This document shows, in pieces, positions 57,599 to 64,000 of a stretch of 64,000 nucleotides of DNA. Under the pieces are notes generated by a model. It was not told the origin of the DNA. It worked only from the letters and a program-made list of their open reading frames with translations, and searched no databases. The stretch is taken from assembly GCA_027021705.1 (NCBI GenBank), contig JALUTT010000085.1, positions 21,526 to 85,525 on the forward strand. Direction: 5' to 3'. The stretch comes from Anaerolineae bacterium (GTDB lineage Bacteria; Chloroflexota; Anaerolineae; S140-20). Numbering within the stretch: the stretch's first letter is position 1; the number at the start of each line of letters is the position of its first letter. Both the position numbers and the translations under genes were made by a program.

Positions 57599-59768
57599 GG
57601 GAATCCAGCGGACGCTGATGGTCGGGTTAGGGGAGGGTGGCGCCCACGTCGTCGCCGCCTCGCTGGCCCGCCTGAGAGAGAGGCTGGCGTCCGACGGCGT
57701 CGTGGCCGGCCTCGCCGTTCAGGTCGCCGAGGCTGACGAGCCCCCTCCCCTCAGCGCCACCCTCACCATCTCGCCGGAAACCCCCTTCGCCCGGTGGCAG
57801 GAGGAGTTCGAGGCGATGGTCGGCCCCCTGCTGCGCCGGGTCTCGCGCCTGGACCACCTCACCGCCCTGGTCCAGCAGGGCCTGAGCCTGCGTCGAGCCG
57901 GCGAGGTACACCTCATCCTGGTGGCCGACCTGGCCGAGCCCTGGGTCGGGCGCACGCTGATGGCCGTGGCCGGTGCCCTGCGGGCGAGCGTCCACCGCAC
58001 CCTCGCTTGTGACGCCGGCCTGACCGGCCTCCTGCTGCTCCCCCCCGCAGCCGAGTCCGACCCCCCTTGCCCCGGTAAGCCCCTCCCCGGAGCGGGCGAG
58101 GTGGCGGGGGATGGGCCCGGAAACCCCTTCGACCGGGGCTGCTTCCTCGTCAGCCCGACCAACGAGGCGGGCCTCGTCGTCGGCGACTCGGAAGCGCTGA
58201 TCCATCGGACGGCCCACTTCCTGGCCCTCCTGGTCACCTCGCCCCTGGGAGCAGCGGTGGCCGAGTCGGACTGGGACCCGGCCGGCCCCTCGGGATGGGA
58301 GCCCTCCTCCCTGGCCAGCTTCGGGCTGGCCGCCATCCGTTGGCCCGGTCCGGCGCTGGTGGAGGCTCTGAGCGCCCGCTGGGCCGGGGAACTCCTCGCC
58401 CGGCTGACCGCCTCCATCCCCGGCGTCGAGGAGGAGGCCGATGCCGCCGCCCGCCGGTGGGCGGCCGGGGAGCGGCTGGCCCCTTCCTTCCTCTTGGAGC
58501 GCCTCTCCACCCTCGCGCCGGCCCCGCCCAACCCCCTGGCCGACGGCGTGCCCGATCCCCCCTGGCCCTGGGAACTGGTCGGCCTCCGAGAGCGGCTGGA
58601 GGCCGCCGTCCGGCGCTGGGAGGAGGCGTGGCAGGCCACGGACGAGGCCCTGACGACCGCCCTGGCCGAGGCCCGGGCGACCTGGCGGGAGGCCGCCCGG
58701 CGCTGGCTGGACCGGCAGCTCGCCTCCCCTGCCGAAGGAGCCCTCCGGCGCATCGGTGCCCGCCTGGAGGCCGTCGCCCGCCTCCTGAGGGCCTTCGTCG
58801 AGGAGGTGGAGGCCGGGGTGGAGGAAGCCCACCGGGAACTGGAAGCCGTCGAGGAGCAGCTTGCCGCTGCCGCCGAGGCCCTGTCCCGCCACTTGGCCCC
58901 GTTGCCCGGCTCACCGCTGGCGGCGCTGCTGCGCTGGGGACCCCACCCCCTGCGGTGGCCCCGGCGGTGGGGCCAGTGCCGCCGGGCCCAAGACCTCGCC
59001 CGGCACCACGCCCACCTGCTCCGCGCCCGCCTGGTGGCCCTTCGGACCCTCCGGCTCCACGAAAGGGCGCTGCCCTGCTACCGGGCTATGCAAGCGGCGT
59101 GGGCGGAGGTCCTCGAGGCCTGGGCCTGCTGCAGTGCCCAGGTGATCCAGGCCGCCGGCTCGCCCACCCTGGCCGGCTGGCAGGAGCAGCAGCAGGCCGC
59201 CCTGGAGAGCTCCGGCGGGCCGTGGACCCCCGCCCTGGTCGAAGCCCTCTACGAGGCCGCCGAGGACCTGGAGGATGGCCCCCTCTGGGACCCCCCCGGC
59301 CCGCTCCGTCGGTGGATGGAGGAGGGCACGCCGGCCGAGGAGATCGAGGGCCAACTGCGGGACCACGCCGCCGGACGGCTGCGCCCCCGGCTCCTCCTGC
59401 CGGTGGACCTGGCGCTGGCCCGGCAGATGGCCGACGAAGCACACCTGGCCGACTGGCTGGCCGCCTTCGTCGCCCAGGCCAGCCCTTTCCTGCGCTACGA
59501 CGAGACGGCGCTGACCGAGGAGAGCCGGGCCCGGACCCGGCTGGACCGCTGGCTCCTGCTCCCCGGCGGGGAACGTTCGCCCCTGGCCCGCCTCTGCCAG
59601 CGCTGGTCCCAACCGCCCCTCCTGCTGGAGAGCCAGGAGCCGGGGGAGATGATCGCCGTCACCGTGCGGCGGAGAGCAGTCCGTTTTGGAGCGGATAGCC
59701 GTCAGCGGAGTAGGGAACGGATTGAGCAGATAGGAGAGCCCCTCTCTCCGTTCAATCCGCTCTCCTAA
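57588..59768 (+). CDS. Degenerate tubulin/FtsZ-like domain protein with long helical C-terminus
   Basis: TLMVGLGEGG (T1-like), VHLILVADL, PFDRGCFLVSPTNEAG, SFGLAAI; lacks the GGGTGSG signature. Confidence 0.65.
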   Translation: MNPEGIQRTLMVGLGEGGAHVVAASLARLRERLASDGVVAGLAVQVAEADEPPPLSATLTISPETPFARWQEEFEAMVGPLLRRVSRLDHLTALVQQGLSLRRAGEVHLILVADLAEPWVGRTLMAVAGALRASVHRTLACDAGLTGLLLLPPAAESDPPCPGKPLPGAGEVAGDGPGNPFDRGCFLVSPTNEAGLVVGDSEALIHRTAHFLALLVTSPLGAAVAESDWDPAGPSGWEPSSLASFGLAAIRWPGPALVEALSARWAGELLARLTASIPGVEEEADAAARRWAAGERLAPSFLLERLSTLAPAPPNPLADGVPDPPWPWELVGLRERLEAAVRRWEEAWQATDEALTTALAEARATWREAARRWLDRQLASPAEGALRRIGARLEAVARLLRAFVEEVEAGVEEAHRELEAVEEQLAAAAEALSRHLAPLPGSPLAALLRWGPHPLRWPRRWGQCRRAQDLARHHAHLLRARLVALRTLRLHERALPCYRAMQAAWAEVLEAWACCSAQVIQAAGSPTLAGWQEQQQAALESSGGPWTPALVEALYEAAEDLEDGPLWDPPGPLRRWMEEGTPAEEIEGQLRDHAAGRLRPRLLLPVDLALARQMADEAHLADWLAAFVAQASPFLRYDETALTEESRARTRLDRWLLLPGGERSPLARLCQRWSQPPLLLESQEPGEMIAVTVRRRAVRFGADSRQRSRERIEQIGEPLSPFNPLS

Positions 59769-59892
59769 TCCGTTGACAGCAGTCCTTCTAGAGCGGATAG
59801 CCGTCAGCGGATTCGGGAACGGATTGAGCGGATGGGAGAGCCCCTCTCTCCGTTCAATCCGCTCTCCCAATCCGTTGACAGCAGTCCTTCTA
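59689..59892. repeat. Two tandem 102-bp palindromic units
   Basis: 59689-59790 and 59791-59892; each reads GCCGTCAGCGGA..ACGGATTGAGC..loop..TCCGTTCAATCCG..ATCCGTTGACAGC. Confidence 0.9.
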
Positions 59893-59956
59893 GAGCAGCC
59901 CGTTTCGGAAAGCGGGCTGGCGCTCCCACACCACATATTGTACGAGGAGGTATCCT

Positions 59957-61141
59957 ATGTTCGAGGAAAACCTTGAGGGCTACCGCCCATACCGCTGGAA
60001 CGACTGGAACCCCTGGTGGAACGGCCTCGACTGGGAGGAGGCCCGAGAGGTGGTGGACCGGGAGAGCCGGGCGCGCATCCTGCTGCTGGGCCTGGTCAAC
60101 GCCGGCAAGTCCACCCTCCTCAACCGGCTGCGAGGCTGCACGCTCTCCCTGCCCACCTCGGGGATCGAGGCCCCGGAGGAGGCCCGGGCGGGCGGGGGAT
60201 GCCGGGTTGAGGACTTCGGCCTCTTCTGCCTGGTGGACCTACCCGAGGAGGCGACCGGCGAAGGGGCCGAGGAGGATTTCCTGGCCTACGGCCTCTCCCC
60301 CCTCCAGATGGCCGAGGAGGCCGACCTGCTGGTCTACCTCCTCGACGGGGCCGCCGGCGTGCGGGTGGCCGACTACCGCTGGATCGGCCGCCTGCGCCGG
60401 CTGGGCCGCCCCCTGCTGGTCGCGTTGAACAAGAGCGACCTGGTGGAGGAGGAGACCTTCGCCCAGTTGCCCGAACTGGAAAAACGGCTCGCCACCTCGG
60501 TGCTCCCCATCTCGGCCCTGGACGGCACCAACGTGCTGGACCGGCTCCTGCCGCGTATGGTGGATGCCTCCCCCGGCCTGGCCGTCCCCCTGGGGAGGGA
60601 ACTGCACGGCTTCCGCCGCCAGGCGGCCGCCCGCCTCATCCGACGGGCCGCCCTCTTCAACGGCTTCATCGCCCTGGAGCCGGTGCCCTTCCTCGACATC
60701 CCCTTCCAGATGGCCACCCTCGTCGGGATGGTGATGCGCATCGGTGCCGTCTACGACCGCCCCCCCACCGATGCCCACCGACGGGAGGTGATCGCCGCCG
60801 TCACCGGAGGGCTGCTGGGTCGCTACGCCACCCAGCAGGCGATCAAGCTCATCCCCTTCGTCGGCTGGCTGATCAGCAGCTTCATCGCCGTCTCCTGCAC
60901 CTGGCTGCTGGGCCGAGCCGCCGTCGCCTACTTCGAGGCCGGGGGGGATGTCATCCTGACCGAGGGATGGGACCGGGTTCGGAACCGCCTGCACCGCCAC
61001 CGGCAGCCCCCGGAGGCGACCCGGCGGTGGACGGCGGACGCCTGGGCCGGCCTTCGCCGCCGCTGGCAGAACCTGTTCCGCCCCGCCCGTGGGAGCGACG
61101 AGCAGACCCCCCTCCCCACCGATGAGGAACGCCCGAGGTGA
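59957..61141 (+). CDS. Era/Ras-like GTPase with C-terminal DUF697/YcjF-like membrane region
   Basis: G1 GLVNAGKST, degenerate G3 DLPE, G4 NKSD, G5 ISA; LEPVPFLDIP and KLIPFVGW; GAGGAGG RBS. Confidence 0.82.
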   Translation: MFEENLEGYRPYRWNDWNPWWNGLDWEEAREVVDRESRARILLLGLVNAGKSTLLNRLRGCTLSLPTSGIEAPEEARAGGGCRVEDFGLFCLVDLPEEATGEGAEEDFLAYGLSPLQMAEEADLLVYLLDGAAGVRVADYRWIGRLRRLGRPLLVALNKSDLVEEETFAQLPELEKRLATSVLPISALDGTNVLDRLLPRMVDASPGLAVPLGRELHGFRRQAAARLIRRAALFNGFIALEPVPFLDIPFQMATLVGMVMRIGAVYDRPPTDAHRREVIAAVTGGLLGRYATQQAIKLIPFVGWLISSFIAVSCTWLLGRAAVAYFEAGGDVILTEGWDRVRNRLHRHRQPPEATRRWTADAWAGLRRRWQNLFRPARGSDEQTPLPTDEERPR

Positions 61142-61171
61142 GCGGCAGGCCCCTTCCGGCGAGGTGATGCG

Positions 61172-62095
61172 ATGAGCCCTTCCCTTCACCTACCCGACGA
61201 CGTCGGAACCGACCTGTTGGCCGCCCCCCGGGGGCCCCTGCGCCGGGTGGATCCCGAGGCCCTCTTCTCCCTCGACGCCCTGCGCCGGGCCTGGCTGAAG
61301 GTGAGGGCGGCCGGCGGTGGCCCCGGCGTGGATGGCGTGACCATCCGCCGCTTCGAGAAGGAGCTGGAGGCCAACCTGGCCGCCCTGCGAGCCGAACTGC
61401 TGGCCGGTCGCTACCGCCCCTACCCCGTCAAGCGCCTGCTGGCCCCCAAACCGGGGGGTGGCCTGCGCCCCATCGCCCTCTGGGCCCTGCGCGACCGGGT
61501 GGTGCAGCGGCTGGTCCACGACTGCATCGCCCCCTACTTTGAACGCCACTTCTTGGATTGCAGCTTCGGCTTCCGCCCCGGTCGCGGGGTGGCCGACGCC
61601 GTGCAGGCGGTCCTCGCCCACCGGGACGCCAACCGGCGCTGGGTGGCCGACGTGGACATCAAGGACTGCTTCGACAGCCTGGACCCGAACCTGCTGATGC
61701 GCTTCGTGCGCCGGCAGGTGAAGGACCCCACCATCCTGCGGCTGATCCGAGCCTGGCTCAACGCCCGGGTCTTCAACGCCCTGCGGGGCCCCTGGACCCG
61801 GGCCGGGGCCTCCCAAGGGGCCGTCATCTCTCCCCTGCTGGCCAACGTCTACCTGCACCAGGTGGACCTGCAACTGACCGGCCAGGGTTACCACCTGGTC
61901 CGCTACGCCGACGACCTGGTGATCTGCTGTCGGCGCAAACGGGAGGCCCAACGGGCGATGGAAGCCACCGCCGTAGCGCTCCGGCGAGTCCGGCTGCAGA
62001 TCAACCCCCACAAATCCCGCCTGGTCCACTTCGACCAGGGCTTCCAGTTCTTGGGGGTCTTCTTCCTGCGCAACGAGCACTTCTACCTGGGATAG
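61172..62095 (+). CDS. CRISPR-associated stand-alone reverse transcriptase (group II intron-derived)
   Basis: RT0 AWLKV..GPGVDG, RT1-2 KPGGGLRPI..RDRVVQ, SFGFRPG, DIKDCFD, QGAVISPLLANVYL, RYADD, FQFLG. Ends right after RT7 with no maturase X or endonuclease domain; adjacent to cas1. Confidence 0.93.
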   Translation: MSPSLHLPDDVGTDLLAAPRGPLRRVDPEALFSLDALRRAWLKVRAAGGGPGVDGVTIRRFEKELEANLAALRAELLAGRYRPYPVKRLLAPKPGGGLRPIALWALRDRVVQRLVHDCIAPYFERHFLDCSFGFRPGRGVADAVQAVLAHRDANRRWVADVDIKDCFDSLDPNLLMRFVRRQVKDPTILRLIRAWLNARVFNALRGPWTRAGASQGAVISPLLANVYLHQVDLQLTGQGYHLVRYADDLVICCRRKREAQRAMEATAVALRRVRLQINPHKSRLVHFDQGFQFLGVFFLRNEHFYLG

Positions 62096-62104
62096 GGCCA
62101 GGAG

Positions 62105-62198
62105 CCCTCCCGCAGGCCCTTCCTATGGCCTGAAGCGCGTCGTGGGCAGCCCCCATAGGCCACTGCTATCGCCGGGCACCGCGGGACCTGCGGGAGGG
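62105..62198. repeat. 94-bp element with 12-bp terminal inverted repeats, copy 2 (between RT and cas1)
   Basis: CCCTCCCGCAGG (62105-116) and CCTGCGGGAGGG (62187-198), followed by TGAA as in copy 1. Confidence 0.6.
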
Positions 62199-62218
62199 TG
62201 AAACCAGGAGGTGACACG

Positions 62219-63241
62219 ATGCCCCCGGTCTACGTGCGGGAACAAGGCGCGATCATCCGCCGGCGGGGCGAGCGGTTGATCGTCGTGCGTGATGGAAAAG
62301 CGTTGCTGGACCTTCCCCTCATCCACCTGGACCAACTGGTCCTCTTCGGCAACGTCCAGCTCACCGCCCCGGCCGTCGCCATGCTGCTTCAGGCCGAGGT
62401 GGACGTCGTCTTCTTCTCCCGGTATGGCAAGTTCCGGGGCCGGCTGGTGCACACCGGCTCCAAATTCGCCCGGCTGCGCCACGCCCAGTTGCAGAAGATG
62501 AGCGATGCTCAGACCTCTCTGGACATCGCCCGCCACGTCGTGGCCGGGAAGCTGCACAATCAGCAGGCCCTGCTGCGGACCTGGGCGGTCCAGGCGCCGG
62601 CCTCCGTCCAGGGCCAGGTGCAGCGGGCCGTGGCCGGCATCGGGCGGATGCTGGAACGGGCTCTGACCACCCCCTCCCCCGACTCGCTGCGGGGTTTCGA
62701 GGGAAAGGCGGGGGCCGACTACTGGGCGGCCTTCCGGGCGCTCCTGGCCGAGGACTGGGGCTTTCGGAGCCGCCAGTACTTCCCACCCCCCGATCCCGTC
62801 AACGCCCTCCTCAGCTTCGGCTACGCCCTGCTCCTCAAGGACGTCACCGCCGCCGTGCAACTGGTCGGCCTGGACCCCTACCTGGGCTTCCTGCACACCA
62901 TTGACTACGGACGTCCGTCGTTGGCGCTGGATATGATGGAGGAGTTCCGACCGGTCCTGGTGGACCCCCTGGTGCTGGAGATGGTCAACGGGGGGGAGGT
63001 GACGGCGGCCGCCTTCGAGCGGACGGCCAATCCCCGGCGGCCGATCCGGCTCACCGATGCCACCACCGACGCCCTGATCCAGCGCTACGAAGCGCGGCTG
63101 GAGATGCGGGCCGTCCATCCCGACGCCGGAGGACAGACGGCCTACCGGCGCATCATCGAGCTCCAGGTGCGCCGGCTGGCCCGGCTGATCCTGGGCAAGG
63201 CGAAGCGATACCGGCCCTTCCTGGTTCGGAGCCGGCGATGA
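62219..63241 (+). CDS. cas1: CRISPR-associated integrase Cas1
   Basis: LRGFEG..Y, DPVNALLSFGY, GLDPYLGFLH, SLALDMMEEFRP..VD (E/H/E catalytic residues); AGGAGG RBS. Confidence 0.97.
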   Translation: MPPVYVREQGAIIRRRGERLIVVRDGKALLDLPLIHLDQLVLFGNVQLTAPAVAMLLQAEVDVVFFSRYGKFRGRLVHTGSKFARLRHAQLQKMSDAQTSLDIARHVVAGKLHNQQALLRTWAVQAPASVQGQVQRAVAGIGRMLERALTTPSPDSLRGFEGKAGADYWAAFRALLAEDWGFRSRQYFPPPDPVNALLSFGYALLLKDVTAAVQLVGLDPYLGFLHTIDYGRPSLALDMMEEFRPVLVDPLVLEMVNGGEVTAAAFERTANPRRPIRLTDATTDALIQRYEARLEMRAVHPDAGGQTAYRRIIELQVRRLARLILGKAKRYRPFLVRSRR

Positions 63242-63696
63242 GGCGCTTCTGGAGACGTCCCCGTCGGCTGGCCGTCTACTGCGACGGGGCCATCGGTGAC
63301 CGGGGTGAGGGGACCGGCCTGGGGGTCATCGTCCGCGACGAGCGGGGGGAGATCATCGGGCTGGTGAAGCGGACGCTGCCGCCGATGACCAACAACGAGG
63401 CCGAATACGCGGCCCTCGTGCTGGCCTTGGAGGCGGCCTGGCACTTTCGGCCCCGTCGGCTGGAGGTCTACATGGACAGCGAGGTGGTGATCGGGCAGAT
63501 GCAGGGGCGCTTCGCCGTGCACAGCCCGGCGTTGAAGCGGTGGCACGTCCGGGCCTGTCGGTTGGCCCGGCGCTTTCGGGAGGTGACGTACCATTACATC
63601 CCGAGGGAGGCCAACCGGCTGGCCGATGCCCTGGCCGGCGAGGCGCTGAGCGAGGCGCGGAAGGAGGGGAACGATGTTCGTCGTCGTCAGCTATGA
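63238..63696 (+). CDS. Ribonuclease HI family protein
   Basis: VYCDGA..G.GVIV, TNNEAEYAAL..AL, MDSEVVIGQM.G, IPREANRLADALA: complete D-E-D-D set; ATGA overlap with cas1. Confidence 0.93.
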   Translation: MRRFWRRPRRLAVYCDGAIGDRGEGTGLGVIVRDERGEIIGLVKRTLPPMTNNEAEYAALVLALEAAWHFRPRRLEVYMDSEVVIGQMQGRFAVHSPALKRWHVRACRLARRFREVTYHYIPREANRLADALAGEALSEARKEGNDVRRRQL

Positions 63697-63961
63697 CATC
63701 CCGGACGATCGCCGGCGGACGCGGGTGATGAAGGTGCTCAAGGACTTCGGGGCGCACGTGCAGTACAGCGTCTTCGAGTGCGAGTTGAGCGCCAAGGACT
63801 ACCGGCGGCTGCGGGAGCGGCTCAGCCCGTTGATTGACCGGGAGGAGGACAGCGTGCGCTTCTACGAGCTGTGTCGGGAGGACGTCCGGCGGCGTCGGGT
63901 GTGGGGGAAGAAGCGGGCGGAGCTGGACCTGCGTCCGTGGTACCTGGTGCGGCGTTCGTAG
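63674..63961 (+). CDS. cas2: CRISPR-associated protein Cas2
   Basis: VVSYDIPDDRRRTRV.K.LKDFG.HVQYSVFEC..EDSVRFYELC; AAGGAGG RBS inside the RNase H gene. Confidence 0.97.
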   Translation: MFVVVSYDIPDDRRRTRVMKVLKDFGAHVQYSVFECELSAKDYRRLRERLSPLIDREEDSVRFYELCREDVRRRRVWGKKRAELDLRPWYLVRRS

Positions 63962-63969
63962 GTCAACGA

Positions 63970-64000
63970 GGTCAACGAATGGAGAACGAATAAACGAATG
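63970..64000. repeat. Left arm of another ACGAAT-family palindrome (cut by the window edge)
   Basis: GGTCAACGAATGGAGAACGAATAAACGAATG is almost the exact reverse complement of 43833-43864. Confidence 0.7.

Noticed and set aside
59689..59892. Possible mini CRISPR array upstream of the RT-cas1 module
   Set aside because: The whole 102-bp unit is duplicated with no unique spacer, and it is a long palindrome of the dispersed repeat family.
61172..62095. RT as a group II intron, retron or DGR enzyme
   Set aside because: No maturase domain or flanking intron RNA, no retron VTG motif or room for msr-msd upstream, and no TR/VR pair; the cas1 context explains it.
63961..64000. Start of a CRISPR array or leader after cas2
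   Set aside because: Matches the ACGAAT palindrome family and is truncated by the window edge.

Overview
High-GC bacterial chromosome, probably Chloroflexota/Anaerolineae. This is inferred from the gene set, a C-terminal 'VYLPVV' surface-protein tail and the intergenic heptamer repeats. Left half (1-30.1 kb, minus strand) is mostly housekeeping: a CPA1 Na+/H+ antiporter, an adenylate/guanylate cyclase, an ECF sigma/zinc anti-sigma pair, a complete 14-subunit nuoA-N complex I operon, glgC, a ClpP-fold protease, a rhomboid, a lytic transglycosylase, YbjN and a large lipoprotein nuclease. The nuo operon is interrupted by an alpha/beta hydrolase, a CAAX protease-methyltransferase fusion and four toxin-antitoxin modules in different stages of decay. 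Right half (30.3-64 kb) is a defence island. It holds a type III-D-like CRISPR-Cas effector operon (HD-less Cas10 with intact GGDD, Cas7-Cas5 fusion, Cas11, three more Cas7, Csx19), three genes chained by duplicated coiled-coil modules ending in a DUF4062(TIR-like)-CARF protein, and two cas6. These are followed by a beta-helix surface protein, a helicase-associated WYL protein, a GAF kinase/LuxR pair and a vWA / tubulin-like / GTPase cluster. The island ends in an adaptation module RT - cas1 - RNase HI - cas2. The most striking feature is a catalytically intact RNase HI gene wedged by overlapping reading frames between cas1 and cas2, next to a stand-alone reverse transcriptase: a candidate four-component RNA-spacer acquisition machine. 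No CRISPR array is visible; it may lie beyond the right edge. All family assignments are by motif recognition, without database searches.
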